64,000 bases of DNA from an uncultured cyanobacterium (GCA_963803805.1 CAWDOD010000010.1:192001-256000), one strand, 5' to 3'. Numbered from the stretch's first letter, positions 33,757 to 45,029 are shown. Numbers and translations are program-made. The notes: a model not told the origin generated them from the sequence alone.

Positions 33757-33867
33757 TAAGCTGTCAGGCATTTAATGTACTTATTAGGTTTGATGGGGAG
33801 ATAGGGGGAGAGTTTTAGGGCTTATTTCCTAGTTGAGTAATACACAGTTTAAATGCACATCAGCTTA
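33757..33867. mobile_element. MITE-like element, family A, copy 2
   Basis: same terminal inverted repeats and TA flanks as 20133-20261, with a shorter purine-rich core. Confidence 0.8.
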
Positions 33868-34042
33868 CCAACTCACCAAGATCTTTGTCTCCTGTTATTA
33901 AAGGGGCCTTTTGTTCCTTTGTTTCACCCGCAGCTAGTTTTTCGAGGATTAGTTCAACAGTAATGCAAGTTCCAACAATAACAGGTTTACCCATCATTAC
34001 ATTAAGATGAGATGTAAGTAATTGCTTAAGTTCGGGCTGCAT
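33868..34042 (-). pseudogene. collapsed DUF433 antitoxin / DUF5615 PIN toxin remnant
   Basis: VMMGKPVIVGTCITVELILEKLAAGET (DUF433-like) is fused to LITGDKDLGELV (DUF5615-like) and runs into the MITE. Confidence 0.65.
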
Positions 34043-34252
34043 AACTAGAAATCAAATCTCGACTCCCATATCATACCAGATCAGGTTTGATTTCATAGGT
34101 TATTTGTATGAGTAGGGAGTGGGCTGCATAGTTTAAAAAATTAAGTTGATAGATTTTTTAGCGGTACTTTAATAACAGGATTTGATATCAATAAAAAATT
34201 AGTAAACCCTATTGCTACAATTAACAATTAGCCATTAGTCAGCCCTGAAAAA

Positions 34253-36700
34253 ATGTCCCTAGACTCGGAAATAAATGCCACTGATAATTTAGATATTGAT
34301 TGGGATAATCTTTCTTTAGATTTAACCCAGAATCAATATCAAATGTTGCGGGAAAAGGCGATCGCCCAATTACGAAGTACTCTACGTAAAGGACAACTTA
34401 GCTTAGCAGACTGGCAAGGTGGGGCAATGGCAGTATCGGCAGTACCTGGGGCAGGGAAGTCTACGGGTATGGCAGTAGCAGCAGCGATCGCAGTAGCAAA
34501 ACATCAACTTAATTCTCGTCGTCAATTAATTGTAGTTACTTTTACCCGTTCGGCTGCCGCTAGTATTAAAGGAAAGATTAGGGATCGCCTTAAAGAGTTT
34601 CAGATGCCCCAAGGAGGCTTTGTTGTTCATACTTTACATGGTTTAGCCCTTAACATCGCTACCCGCCATCCTGAATTATCCGGACTAAACTTAGCAACAG
34701 CCACCATAGTAATTCCCACTCCTAGCCACCGGATTATGAGGGCTTGCGTCGAAAAATGGCTAGCCCGTCATCCCTCCCAATATAAAATTTTATTGGAAGG
34801 GGTGCAATTTGATGGGGAAGAAACAGAAAGATTGCGTCGCCAGTCTGTCTTACGGACAGAAGTACTGCCTAACTTAGCTTATACAATCATTCATGAAGCA
34901 AAAAGTTCTGGGTTGCTGCCGGAAGAGTTATGGCAACTGAGTAAGCAAGCAGAAGATGACTACAACATCTTAGGAGTAGGGGCTGGCTTATATGAACAGT
35001 ATCAACAAATCATGCGATCGCGGGATTTTATTGATTATGATGATATGATTCTGGCTGCTTTAAAGGTGTTGGAAAATCCCGCTATTCGGCAAATGTGGCA
35101 ACAACAAGTCTTTGCTGTTTTTGAAGATGAGGCCCAGGATTCTAGCCCTTTGCAAGAAAAACTTCTCAAAATCATTGCTGCCAATCCTAGTAGTAACAAC
35201 CCTAGTATTAATCTCGTTAGGGTAGGAGATCCCAACCAAGCAATCAACTCCACTTTCACCCCTGCTGATCCTCTTTACTTTAACTGGTTTTGTGATACCT
35301 GCAAAGCCAAAAATAGCCTTTCAACCATGGATCAAGCTGGGCGTAGTAGCAAGATTATTATAGATGCTGCTAACTTTGTGCTTCATTGGGTAGATCGTGA
35401 AATTCAAAATTCAAAATTCAAAATTCAAAATTCGGAAGTTATTGATGCAAGATTTCTCGTCGGAGAAGAGGAAGGAAGAGAAATTCTTCTGCCGCAATCT
35501 TTTCGTTTGCAAAACATCCAGCCAGTAGATAGGAATGATCCACAACCAGATGCCAACCCTAAACCGGAGGGTGCAGGGTTGGAAATTTATACCCCTAGTG
35601 ACATCTGTGAGACTGTAGACTTAATTGGCAAGAGGATTAAGGACTTATTTGCCCAAAACCCCAAAAAAAATGCTGCTGTCTTGGTTAGAGAAAATCGTCA
35701 AGGACGTTTTGTGGCTGAAAAACTGCACCATTTACAAAAAGAACAGGGCATTCCCATTTATGAAGTAGGAGAAGCAGAGCGTCATTCTCATATTCCCATT
35801 GAGATTCTCAAATTACTCAAATTTTTGGCCCGTCCCCATTCTCCAGATTATTTGAAAGGGGCTTTAGAAGTATTAGAAAAACGCAGTTTAATCGCCACCC
35901 AAGACTTAAACGCCTTAGCAACCTTCCCAGAACAATTCCTTTATCCAGCCCCCCTTGATCCTCCCCAAAAACCTCAAGTAGAACAAGCAAAGAAGTTTTG
36001 TTGCAACCTCCTCAAAGCCCGGTTAGAATTGCCCCACTACCAGCTTATTTCTTTCCTCGCCTTAAGTTTGAAGTATACAGGTTCAGAACTAGCTACAGCA
36101 CAAAAGTTAGCAGAAAGAATTAGTAAGGAAACTGTGGGTAAGAGTTCCTTACAAACCACTTTAGAAGTATTAGGAGAAATCGTCAACTCAGAACAGTTTG
36201 AAGCTGTAGAAGAAGAAAGCGAAGACCAATATACCAAAAAAGGTCAGTTAACTATTATCACCATGCACAAAGCCAAGGGTTTAGATTGGGACTATGTTTT
36301 TCTGCCCTTCTTACACGAAGACTCTATTCCTGGCAAACCTTGGGTTCCCAACGCCGCTAAGTTCTTAGGTAACTTTACCCTAGCAGAAGTTGCCCGGGCC
36401 CAAATTCGTGCTGGGGTACATAGCCAACATCTTCAACCAGACTTACCCCTCAATTTACCCCAACCAGAACAGGCTTGGCAAGAAGCAGGTTATTTAAAAA
36501 AAGCTGAAGAGTTTCGTCTTTTATATGTGGCTATGACGAGGGCAAAACGTTTGTTATGGATGTCTGCTGCCGAACAAGGGCCTTTCCGTTGGAATACTTT
36601 TCGCAGTTTCCAAGGCACAAATTTCCAAAACAAGAATCCTTGTCCCGTTATTCCAGCTTTGAAACGAAGGTTTCCTAACTCAGTTTTCACTTATAACTAA
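34253..36700 (+). CDS. UvrD/Rep-family ATP-dependent helicase
   Basis: AVPGAGKS, TFTRSAA, EDEAQD, VGDPNQAI, TMHKAKGLDW, RLLYVAMTRA. Confidence 0.92.
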   Translation: MSLDSEINATDNLDIDWDNLSLDLTQNQYQMLREKAIAQLRSTLRKGQLSLADWQGGAMAVSAVPGAGKSTGMAVAAAIAVAKHQLNSRRQLIVVTFTRSAAASIKGKIRDRLKEFQMPQGGFVVHTLHGLALNIATRHPELSGLNLATATIVIPTPSHRIMRACVEKWLARHPSQYKILLEGVQFDGEETERLRRQSVLRTEVLPNLAYTIIHEAKSSGLLPEELWQLSKQAEDDYNILGVGAGLYEQYQQIMRSRDFIDYDDMILAALKVLENPAIRQMWQQQVFAVFEDEAQDSSPLQEKLLKIIAANPSSNNPSINLVRVGDPNQAINSTFTPADPLYFNWFCDTCKAKNSLSTMDQAGRSSKIIIDAANFVLHWVDREIQNSKFKIQNSEVIDARFLVGEEEGREILLPQSFRLQNIQPVDRNDPQPDANPKPEGAGLEIYTPSDICETVDLIGKRIKDLFAQNPKKNAAVLVRENRQGRFVAEKLHHLQKEQGIPIYEVGEAERHSHIPIEILKLLKFLARPHSPDYLKGALEVLEKRSLIATQDLNALATFPEQFLYPAPLDPPQKPQVEQAKKFCCNLLKARLELPHYQLISFLALSLKYTGSELATAQKLAERISKETVGKSSLQTTLEVLGEIVNSEQFEAVEEESEDQYTKKGQLTIITMHKAKGLDWDYVFLPFLHEDSIPGKPWVPNAAKFLGNFTLAEVARAQIRAGVHSQHLQPDLPLNLPQPEQAWQEAGYLKKAEEFRLLYVAMTRAKRLLWMSAAEQGPFRWNTFRSFQGTNFQNKNPCPVIPALKRRFPNSVFTYN
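35400..35433. repeat. (AAATTCA)n heptamer array inside the helicase ORF
   Basis: almost five units, translated as EIQNSKFKIQNS. Confidence 0.9.
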
Positions 36701-36722
36701 AGAAACCCAAACTATTAGCTAA

Positions 36723-37148
36723 ATGAATTATACCGAAACCAAAACCGAGCATTTTATACCAATCAAAAACATAGAAGAGCCAGTTATCATTAACTACTTT
36801 GCTACCATTAACCAAGGAAAATTCGTAGAAACGGCTGCTTTATTCGCTGAGGAAGGAAAGTTGTTAGCCCCCTTCGAGAAACCTATCATAGGTAAAGAGG
36901 CGATCGCAACTTATTTAAGCAAAGAAGCTAAGGGGATGAAGTTGTTACCCCACCAAGGAATACATGAATCAACTGAGGATGATTTAGTAGAGATAATTAA
37001 GGTGACAGGGCAAGTAAAAACTTCTTTGTTTAGTGTCAATGTAGCTTGGCATTTTTGTTTAAACTCAGACCAGCAAATCACCACAGCTAAGATTAAGTTA
37101 CTAGCATCACCACAGGAATTGTTAGGTTTGCAACAAAAACGTAATTGA
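36723..37148 (+). CDS. OCP C-terminal domain homologue (CTDH/CCP, NTF2-like)
   Basis: YFATIN, LFAEEG.L..PFEKPIIGKEAIATYL, VTGQVKT, VAWHF, IKLLASPQELL. Confidence 0.88.
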   Translation: MNYTETKTEHFIPIKNIEEPVIINYFATINQGKFVETAALFAEEGKLLAPFEKPIIGKEAIATYLSKEAKGMKLLPHQGIHESTEDDLVEIIKVTGQVKTSLFSVNVAWHFCLNSDQQITTAKIKLLASPQELLGLQQKRN

Positions 37149-37355
37149 GTCAAGAAAGGCAATAAGTGATGAGCAATAGGAAATAGGCTAGTAAACAATT
37201 AATTTTTAAAGTCTCTACCCAAAGTTAAATATTAGCTTCAATGTTTCTCTACCTTTATACAGTTCTCTATCATGTCGAAAATTAATTAGCTTGAAGATTA
37301 GTAGCTTCAAGCAATTAAAGCTCAGAAAATAGCAAACCGGAGATCAATTAATAAT

Positions 37356-37838
37356 ATGGCTACAGCCAGTTCAGAACACAATATTGATGGCATACTAAGC
37401 AGCTATAACAACCTATCTACAGATGAAAAACTAGCTCTTCTTTGGTATGTTTACAAGAAAATGGGAACATCCATAACTCCTGCTGCCCCAGGAGCAGCCG
37501 GAGATACAATTGCAGAAGGATTGTTTGATCAAGTCAAAGAATTGTCTTTTGAAGAGCAATTGGATGCACAGCGTAAGATTATTGAAGGACAAGATACTCT
37601 TATTTCCCGTGAGTATGGTTCTTTAAGCGAAAACACTAAACTATATTTCTGGTATCGTTTAGCACAGGGAATGGATGCAGGAACCATTGTTCCTGTACCT
37701 GATGATTATGAACCTACTGGTAGTGTCAACCAAGTTTTATCTCAAATTGAAGGGATGGAGTTTCAACAGCAAATTACTGTCCTTAGAGATGCTGTAGTTG
37801 GTGGTGGTGCAGAACCAAAATCTGGTGCAGAAGTATAG
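37356..37838 (+). CDS. helical carotenoid protein (OCP N-terminal domain homologue)
   Basis: DEKLALLWYVYKKMG.SITPAAPGAA, ISREYGSLSENTKLYFWYRLAQGM, QQQITVLRD. Confidence 0.9.
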   Translation: MATASSEHNIDGILSSYNNLSTDEKLALLWYVYKKMGTSITPAAPGAAGDTIAEGLFDQVKELSFEEQLDAQRKIIEGQDTLISREYGSLSENTKLYFWYRLAQGMDAGTIVPVPDDYEPTGSVNQVLSQIEGMEFQQQITVLRDAVVGGGAEPKSGAEV

Positions 37839-37881
37839 TTTTTTCCCTTTAAGTTAGTTGATTTATAGTCTAAACTAAGCG

Positions 37882-37906
37882 AAGTCCGTTCTGCGGACTT
37901 TTTTTT
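37882..37906 (+). terminator. intrinsic terminator after HCP
   Basis: AAGTCCG-TTCTG-CGGACTT hairpin followed by a T run. Confidence 0.75.
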
Positions 37907-37930
37907 AGTATCAGGAATTAAACTAGTTTT

Positions 37931-38305
37931 ATGGTAAAAATATTCTTAACTATCGCTGCAATTTTAGGGGGTTTATCCGTAGCAGGAGGAGCATTCGCTA
38001 GCCATGCTCTGAAAACTCAATTAAGCGATCGCGCTTTAGAGATTTTCGAGACGGGAACTCAGTACCAAATGTACCATGCCCTAGCTTTATTATTGGTGGC
38101 TTTATTGTTAACTCAAACAGAAAATTCTTTACTTTTAACTATTTCCGGTAGCGCTTTTATTACTGGGATAGTGATTTTTTCTGGTAGTTTATATGCCTTA
38201 AGTTTAACAGGAATTAAGTGGCTAGGAGCCATTACCCCTATCGGTGGTGTCGCTTTTTTGATTGGTTGGGGCTGTTTGGCGATCGCCCCTAAGAATTTCC
38301 CCTAG
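37931..38305 (+). CDS. DUF423 membrane protein
   Basis: GAFASHAL, YQMYHAL, IFSGSLY, LGAITPIGG. Confidence 0.92.
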   Translation: MVKIFLTIAAILGGLSVAGGAFASHALKTQLSDRALEIFETGTQYQMYHALALLLVALLLTQTENSLLLTISGSAFITGIVIFSGSLYALSLTGIKWLGAITPIGGVAFLIGWGCLAIAPKNFP

Positions 38306-38322
38306 AATTATTCCCTCTTAAA

Positions 38323-40032
38323 CTACCCTAAGCAACTTTCTAAATAAACTTGTGCCACTTTATCATCAGCATTTTGCTTTAAACATTTTTGAAACAATCG
38401 TTTTGCCTCTTGAAAGTATTGACGTTCATAAAGACTTAAAGCTTGGGCAAATAATTCTTTTGTGGCTAGCTTTTTCTTCCTAACTTCCGGTAAATCAGCA
38501 GCACAAACTTCATATACAGTCACCTCTTCCAATTTACCTTTAACCCTTACTTTCGCAATGCGGCGTAAAGCATAATCTCCAGGATTTTGAAGAGAGGAAA
38601 AAGTATGATGAGAAATCAAGAAAGATACTTGATATTCTCTAGTTAATTTCTCTATGCGGGAAGCTAAATTAACAGCATCACTAATTACTGTACTATCCAT
38701 TCTAGATTGTCCCCCAACCACTCCTAGCATTAAAGAACCTGTATTAATACCAAGACCAATTTGCACAGGTATATCGTCTAAATGCTGATTGTTTTTGTTA
38801 AATTCAGCCAACAAATTTAACATAGCTAAACCAGCTTGAACTGCTTCATCAGCACTCCCCCCAAACAGAGCCATAATAGCATCACCAATATATTTATCAA
38901 TGAAACCATTATTATTAATAATTGCTGGTTCCATACAGAGAAAATAGGAATTAATAAACTTAAAATTATCTTGGGGAGTCATCTTTTCACTTAGGGTAGT
39001 AAAATTACGAATATCCGCAAAAAGCACTGACATTTCTTGCTGTACCGACTCCCCTAGTTCCACCTCAACAATACTTTGCTTATTTAATAGTTGCAGAAAC
39101 TGCCTGGGAACAAAGCGTTCGTTAGCAAGATTAAGCTCAAAAAGTTCGTGAGTAAATTTAGCCCGTTCTAACTCAGCTTTTTTGCGATCGCTAATATCCT
39201 GCATAACATTAATGCCATAGATGATATTCCCTTGTTCATCATAAATTGGTGTTGCCCAAGTTTCGATGGGAATGGTTTTGTTACCTATGTGAATTTCTAA
39301 ATCATTTGCCATTGCCGCTTCTCCCCGCAAGGCTTTAACAATAGGAAATTCTTCTATCGGATAAATTTGGTTTGTTCCTGCTTTATAAACCCCATAGGTT
39401 TGAGCTAAGTTTTGATAATTAACCTGTGGAGAAATAGTTTTACCTAATAATTCTTGGGCTTTTTGGTTAACATAATAGGGTTTACCTTCTGCATCAATCA
39501 CCCCCACTCCTACAGGTATGGCTTCTAAAAATTGAGTTAAGTGATTTCTGTTTTCATTGAGTTGAGTAATTAGTTCTGCTTGTTGCTGATTTAATTGCTG
39601 AAGTTTGAGGGTTTGTTCAGCTAATTTCTGTTTTTGAAAATAACTATGAATTGCTTCATTAACAGTTAAACTAAGGTCTTCTATTTGCCAAGGTTTAGCT
39701 ATATAACGATATAAATTAGCATACTTGATCGCATTACTGATCCCTTCAACACTAGCTTGTCCTGTGAGTAAAATCTTGAGAGTTTGGGGCGAAATATTGT
39801 GAATGAGCCTAAGTAATTCATCCCCTTTTAAATTAGGCATAATATAATCAGACAAAACTAGGGGAATATGATGCTTTTGTCCTAAAAGTTCTTCAACTAG
39901 CTCTAAAGCCTCTGCGGCAGTTTCTACAGTTTCAATCAGATAATCATCCCCAAAAATTTGAGACAATTCTCTTTCTAAGCTCTCTAAGATAATTGGTTCA
40001 TCATCGACACAAATAATAACAGGTCTATTCAT
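38323..40032 (-). CDS. class III adenylate/guanylate cyclase (REC, PAS, CYC)
   Basis: VLFADIRNFT, DKYIGDAIM, GINTG, SDAVNLASRIE. Confidence 0.9.
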   Translation of the reverse strand: MNRPVIICVDDEPIILESLERELSQIFGDDYLIETVETAAEALELVEELLGQKHHIPLVLSDYIMPNLKGDELLRLIHNISPQTLKILLTGQASVEGISNAIKYANLYRYIAKPWQIEDLSLTVNEAIHSYFQKQKLAEQTLKLQQLNQQQAELITQLNENRNHLTQFLEAIPVGVGVIDAEGKPYYVNQKAQELLGKTISPQVNYQNLAQTYGVYKAGTNQIYPIEEFPIVKALRGEAAMANDLEIHIGNKTIPIETWATPIYDEQGNIIYGINVMQDISDRKKAELERAKFTHELFELNLANERFVPRQFLQLLNKQSIVEVELGESVQQEMSVLFADIRNFTTLSEKMTPQDNFKFINSYFLCMEPAIINNNGFIDKYIGDAIMALFGGSADEAVQAGLAMLNLLAEFNKNNQHLDDIPVQIGLGINTGSLMLGVVGGQSRMDSTVISDAVNLASRIEKLTREYQVSFLISHHTFSSLQNPGDYALRRIAKVRVKGKLEEVTVYEVCAADLPEVRKKKLATKELFAQALSLYERQYFQEAKRLFQKCLKQNADDKVAQVYLESCLG

Positions 40033-40272
40033 AAACTATAGTAAGCTATTTATCTTCAGAGTTATCTATTGGGGCTAGGCAATAAACAATAATTGATAAT
40101 GGAGAATTGATGATTCTCAGTTAATAATAAGTTAAGATAGTGTAGCATTTGTCAAGCTATTGAACAAGATATAATAGTTCTTATAGAGATGATGTACAGT
40201 TTAGACTCTGATTTTTGTGCTTTTGCTAATTATTAATTGTCTTCTTCTTGGAACTGATAACTAAATTAATTT

Positions 40273-40635
40273 ATGGGTAAACAAACTTTTGAAAACTTGC
40301 CAGTCTATCAACTAGCCGAACAACTTGCTAATGAAGTTTGGACTCTTGTTAAAAATTGGGACTTTTTTGCCCAAGACACTGTAGGGAAAAGCTTAGTTAA
40401 TGCAGCAGATCGAATTGGAGCGAGGATAGCCGAAGGAAATGGACGTGATAATTTAGTAGACAATAGACGCTTCGTTAAACTTGCTAAGGGTTCTTTATAC
40501 GAAACTATTCATTGGTTGAGGATAGCTTATAATCGCCATCTTTTAACCGCAGCCGAAATTAATCAAGTTAGGGAAATTATCATTAAATTAGCTCCTCAAC
40601 TCAGGGCTTATTTAAAAACTTTGGAAGAAAATTAA
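40273..40635 (+). CDS. four-helix-bundle protein (IVP/Avd-like fold)
   Basis: FENLPVYQLA, IAEGNGR, AKGSLYET..WL. Confidence 0.85.
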   Translation: MGKQTFENLPVYQLAEQLANEVWTLVKNWDFFAQDTVGKSLVNAADRIGARIAEGNGRDNLVDNRRFVKLAKGSLYETIHWLRIAYNRHLLTAAEINQVREIIIKLAPQLRAYLKTLEEN

Positions 40636-40657
40636 TTTATTGTAACCAAATTTGGTA

Positions 40658-41638
40658 TTAATTGTTCTCCGGCAAGGGAGGAACTTTGGCTAAAGCTTCT
40701 TCAATCACTAGAGAATCAGCACCAGGTAAATAGACATTTTCGCTAATGTGACGTTTCCACGCTTTAGAGCCTGGTTGCCCAGAAAATAATTGTAGTAGAT
40801 GGCGACTGATGGAGTTTAACTTCAACCCCTTACTTAACCAATAATCGATATAGGGAAGCATTTTTGCAATAACTTCCTGGCGAGTTAACACAGCTTTGGA
40901 GTCGCCATAAATTTCTTGATCTACGGTAGCAAAAAGGTAGGGATTATCATAAGCTGCCCTGCCCACCATAACAGCATCAACATATTGATACTGTTCCTTG
41001 ATTTTTTCTAAGGTAGTAATACCGCCATTTATTTCAATAAAAAGCTGAGGAAAGTCTTCCTTGAGGTGATAGATATCTTCATAACGCAAAGGGGGAATGT
41101 GACGATTTTCTTTCGGGCTTAAACCTTTTAACCAAGCTTTCCTCGCATGAACAGTGAAGCGTTGACAACCTGCCGCTGCAACAATTTTAACAAAGTTAGC
41201 CATATCTTCATAGCTATCTTGTTCATCAATACCAATACGATGTTTCACAGTTACGGGTAGGGATGTTGCCTGTTGCATTGCTGCCACAGCCCAAGCAACT
41301 TTTTCTGGTTGCGCCATTAAACAAGCCCCAAAGTTACCATCTTGAACACGACTACTCGGACAACCGACATTGAGATTAACTTCGTCATAACCCCAATCTT
41401 CAGCAATGCGGGCGCATTCTGCTAACTCCTGGGGATTGTCACCACCAATTTGTAAAGATAAAGGTTTCTCTTCTAAGGAAAAATCTAATAATTTGTGGCG
41501 ATCGCCCCGTAAGATAGCTGCGGAGGTAATCATTTCTGTATAAAGTAAAGTATGACCTGTGATGGCACGCATAAAGTAGCGAAAATGCCGATCTGTGCGA
41601 TCCATCATTGGTGCAATACTAAGAGGATTGAAAAGCAT
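40658..41638 (-). CDS. dusA: tRNA dihydrouridine synthase A
   Basis: APMMDRTDRHFR, NLNVGCPS, VHARKAWLKGLSPKENR, GRAAY. Confidence 0.95.
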   Translation of the reverse strand: MLFNPLSIAPMMDRTDRHFRYFMRAITGHTLLYTEMITSAAILRGDRHKLLDFSLEEKPLSLQIGGDNPQELAECARIAEDWGYDEVNLNVGCPSSRVQDGNFGACLMAQPEKVAWAVAAMQQATSLPVTVKHRIGIDEQDSYEDMANFVKIVAAAGCQRFTVHARKAWLKGLSPKENRHIPPLRYEDIYHLKEDFPQLFIEINGGITTLEKIKEQYQYVDAVMVGRAAYDNPYLFATVDQEIYGDSKAVLTRQEVIAKMLPYIDYWLSKGLKLNSISRHLLQLFSGQPGSKAWKRHISENVYLPGADSLVIEEALAKVPPLPENN

Positions 41639-41654
41639 TTTCAGTTATCAGTTA

Positions 41655-44600
41655 TCAGTTATCAATTCTTCCTTTCAGCTTAACCAAAACATTTTGTAAA
41701 GCTAGTTTTACTCTCTCATATTCTTGTTGAAGTTGAGAATTAACTTCTTGTGAATTAGTCAGAGAATTTTCACACCCCATTGTTTCTAAATCTTGACATA
41801 ATTGGGAAAACTTCAGCGCTCCTAAAGTAGCACTACTAGACTTCAACAAGTGAGCAGTATTTTCTATAACTGTTGCTTCTTTTCGCTTAACAGCTTGGTT
41901 GATATTTTCTAGTTGTTTAGTAGTTTCTTCAAGATAAACTTCTACCAAATCCAAGCATTCTTGGGTATCATTATCAAGAGCGTTAAAAGTGTCTTGAAGC
42001 TGGTTAGTATCAATGGCAGATGGCAAGTTATGTTTCACTGTTTTGCTGTCGCTATCTTTTTGCTTAACCTCTAAAGGTGGGCATTGCTGAATAACCTGAA
42101 CCAAGTCTTCTAATCTAATCGGTTTACTCAGATAATTATCCATCCCCGCAGCTAAACATCTTTCCCTATCCCCCTGCATTGCATTAGCTGTCATAGCTGC
42201 AATATAAGGACGAGAGCTAGGTTCAATTTCTTGACAAATTATTTGAGTCGCCTTTAAACCGTCCATTTCTGGCATATGCACATCCATAAAAATCAGGTCA
42301 TAACTTTGTTTTTTTAAAGCTTTTATCACCTCAATACCATTAATAACCACATTCGCTCGATAACCCATTTTGTCCAAAATAGTTAGAGCCAGTTTTTGGT
42401 TAACTAAATTGTCTTCAGCGAGAAGAATATTAAGAGGATGTTTACTAGCCAATTCGCTATCGATGGTGATGCTTTCCGGGCGAGGTTGGCTTATTTTCGT
42501 TACCTGCCCCCCCAAAATTTTTGCTAAAATATTATAAAGTTGAGATTGCTTAATTGGCTTGTTTAAACAGGCAGCAAAATCGACTTTTTCAGCTTCGGCG
42601 ACTATTTCTGACTTACCAATGGAAGTTAACATTACCAGAGGTAAATGGGACTTTAAGGGTAGGTTGTGGATTTTTGTAGCTAGGGTTAAACCATCCATAG
42701 CTGGCATCTGCATATCTAAAATAGCCAGATCGAAAGTTTCGCCTTTTTGCAATAATTCTAAGGCTTTCTGCCCTGATGATGCAGTGCGAGAACTCATGCC
42801 CCAAGATTGAGCTTGGATAGAAAGAATTTTGCAGTTGGTAACATTGTCATCCACAATCAGAAGGTGCTTGCCTGCCATTTGGGAGTAATCAGTAACCAAA
42901 TTAGGGGAAGTATAGTTTATAACTTCCCTTGCCATAATCGTAAAAAAGAAAGTGGAACCTTTACCCACTTCGCTTTCTAACCACATTTTGCCCCCCATCA
43001 TTTCACAAAGCTGGCGGCAAATAGCTAAACCTAATCCTGTACCACCATATTCGCGGGTGGTGGAAGAGTCTACTTGACTGAAAGGTTCAAAGAGGCAGTT
43101 TTTACGTTCCTGGGGAATGCCAATACCTGTATCCTTAACGGCAAAACGGATCTCTGTGGCTTGGCTATCTGATTTGTAAGCCTCTACAAAAACAATCACT
43201 TCTCCTGTGGAAGTGAATTTAATAGCATTGCTGAGTAAGTTGACTAAGATCTGCCGCAACCGAGTAGTATCTCCCAGAATAGTTTGGGGGGTATGGGGAG
43301 CAATTTGATAAGCTAACTCCAACTGCTTCTGGGCAGCTTTAGCTGCTAATAAGTCAAGGGATTCTTCAATGCAAGTCCTTAATTCAAAAGGATGCTGTTC
43401 TAATTCCAGTTTGCCAGATTCAATTTTGGAAAAGTCGAGGATGTCATTGATAATGGTGAGGAGGGTATTGCCACTATTGCGGATTGTTTCAACAAAATCT
43501 CTTTGTTGCAAGGAAAGTTCTGTATCTGTGAGCAAGTCTGTCATACCAATAACCGCATTCATGGGGGTGCGTATTTCATGACTCATGGTGGCTAGAAATT
43601 CACCTTTAGCTATGGTTCCTGCTAAGGCTTCATCCCTAGCTTTAGCTAACTCTGTGGCTGCTTGTAAACGTTCAATTTCTCCACCAATCCACTGTGCCAT
43701 TAGCCTTAATAATTCTCGATCTAGGGCTTTAAACGGTTTAATGCGGGGATTGACACTACTAAAACTGAGAGTGCCGTAAATTTGCTCTCCCACAAACACT
43801 GGCACTCCCATATAAGCTTCTAGCTTGAAAGCCTGATAACAGGGGTGTTCTCTCCAAGCAGAGTTGCTAGCGCAGGCAAAAGAGATGGGTTTCGCTGCTG
43901 CAATGGTTTCTTGACAATAGGTTTGCTTTAAGTTGAGGATTGTGCCTTGAACATTGACTTTGTTGGGTAGTTGGGCGGCAACTATCTCATAACACTCTGC
44001 TTCAACATGGGCTAAAATCCCTAAACCTAAGCCAAATTCTCGACAACCAAAAGCCAATAGTTTACAGAGAGTTTGCTCAAAGTCAGCTTGCTGACAGGCA
44101 GTGATCTCATAGAGGGTGCGGATGGCAGATTCACTAGCCCTCAATTCCTGTTCTACCTGCTTTTGTGCGGTAATATCAAAAATGACTCCATCTAAGTAAA
44201 CTTTTTGAGTATTTTCTTCCCAATTACCTTGACCTTTTTCATATACCCAACAGATACTACCATCTGCCCTAACCAGGCGATATTCTAGTATAAAAGATTT
44301 TTTAGTCTGAATACTGCTTTCGATTTTTGCTTTAACTTTAGCAATATCTTCAGGATGAATAATGCTATTAAAGCTACGTACTTGGTTATTAATAAAATCA
44401 GTACTAGGATAACCAGAAAGAGAAGCAATTTCTTGGCTAATATAAATCATTGTCCAATCTTGCTCCCAAAGACAACGATAAATGGCTCCGGGGAGATTGT
44501 CTACTAAAGAATGAAATCTAGCATCCCTATTTTTCAAAGAAACCAGAGTCTGCTTTCTTTTGGTAATATCTTCTACGAACCCTTCATAGTAGAGGATTTC

Positions 44601-45029
44601 CCCGGTTTCATCTGTAATAGCGCGGGTATGTTCACAAATCCAAATAATGCTACCATCCCGGCGATAAACTTGGGATTCAAATTGAGAAACAACTCCCTCT
44701 TTAGCCATGATGCGGAGAAACTCTTCCCGTCGCTGTGGAGAAACGTAAAGATTTTTGGCAATATCTGTAAGCTGAGCTATTAATTCTTCTGGAGAATTGT
44801 AGCCATAAATGTTAGCTAAAGTTTGATTAACTTTAAGGAATTTTCCTGGGGCGCTGGTTTGGAAAATACCAACAACAGTATTGTTAAAGATACTATGATA
44901 CTTTTTTTCCTTATCTTGGAGGGCTGCTTCTGCTTGTTCACATCTTGCTGTTAACTCCGCCAACTTTTCGTTAGCTGAGGTAAGCTGAAGTTTTTGCTGG
45001 GTGACTAACTTTTGTAGTTTGTTACTCAT
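41655..45029 (-). CDS. cytoplasmic hybrid histidine kinase (PAS, PAS, GAF, HisKA, HATPase, REC, REC, Hpt)
   Basis: [10 protein letters not shown], two REC domains (LDMQMP, MDVHMP), Hpt AHLLKSSS. Confidence 0.92.
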   Translation of the reverse strand: MSNKLQKLVTQQKLQLTSANEKLAELTARCEQAEAALQDKEKKYHSIFNNTVVGIFQTSAPGKFLKVNQTLANIYGYNSPEELIAQLTDIAKNLYVSPQRREEFLRIMAKEGVVSQFESQVYRRDGSIIWICEHTRAITDETGEILYYEGFVEDITKRKQTLVSLKNRDARFHSLVDNLPGAIYRCLWEQDWTMIYISQEIASLSGYPSTDFINNQVRSFNSIIHPEDIAKVKAKIESSIQTKKSFILEYRLVRADGSICWVYEKGQGNWEENTQKVYLDGVIFDITAQKQVEQELRASESAIRTLYEITACQQADFEQTLCKLLAFGCREFGLGLGILAHVEAECYEIVAAQLPNKVNVQGTILNLKQTYCQETIAAAKPISFACASNSAWREHPCYQAFKLEAYMGVPVFVGEQIYGTLSFSSVNPRIKPFKALDRELLRLMAQWIGGEIERLQAATELAKARDEALAGTIAKGEFLATMSHEIRTPMNAVIGMTDLLTDTELSLQQRDFVETIRNSGNTLLTIINDILDFSKIESGKLELEQHPFELRTCIEESLDLLAAKAAQKQLELAYQIAPHTPQTILGDTTRLRQILVNLLSNAIKFTSTGEVIVFVEAYKSDSQATEIRFAVKDTGIGIPQERKNCLFEPFSQVDSSTTREYGGTGLGLAICRQLCEMMGGKMWLESEVGKGSTFFFTIMAREVINYTSPNLVTDYSQMAGKHLLIVDDNVTNCKILSIQAQSWGMSSRTASSGQKALELLQKGETFDLAILDMQMPAMDGLTLATKIHNLPLKSHLPLVMLTSIGKSEIVAEAEKVDFAACLNKPIKQSQLYNILAKILGGQVTKISQPRPESITIDSELASKHPLNILLAEDNLVNQKLALTILDKMGYRANVVINGIEVIKALKKQSYDLIFMDVHMPEMDGLKATQIICQEIEPSSRPYIAAMTANAMQGDRERCLAAGMDNYLSKPIRLEDLVQVIQQCPPLEVKQKDSDSKTVKHNLPSAIDTNQLQDTFNALDNDTQECLDLVEVYLEETTKQLENINQAVKRKEATVIENTAHLLKSSSATLGALKFSQLCQDLETMGCENSLTNSQEVNSQLQQEYERVKLALQNVLVKLKGRIDN

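Noticed and set aside
40273-40635. Avd-like gene as part of a diversity-generating retroelement
   Set aside because: No reverse transcriptase or template/variable repeat pair in the window; stand-alone copies are common
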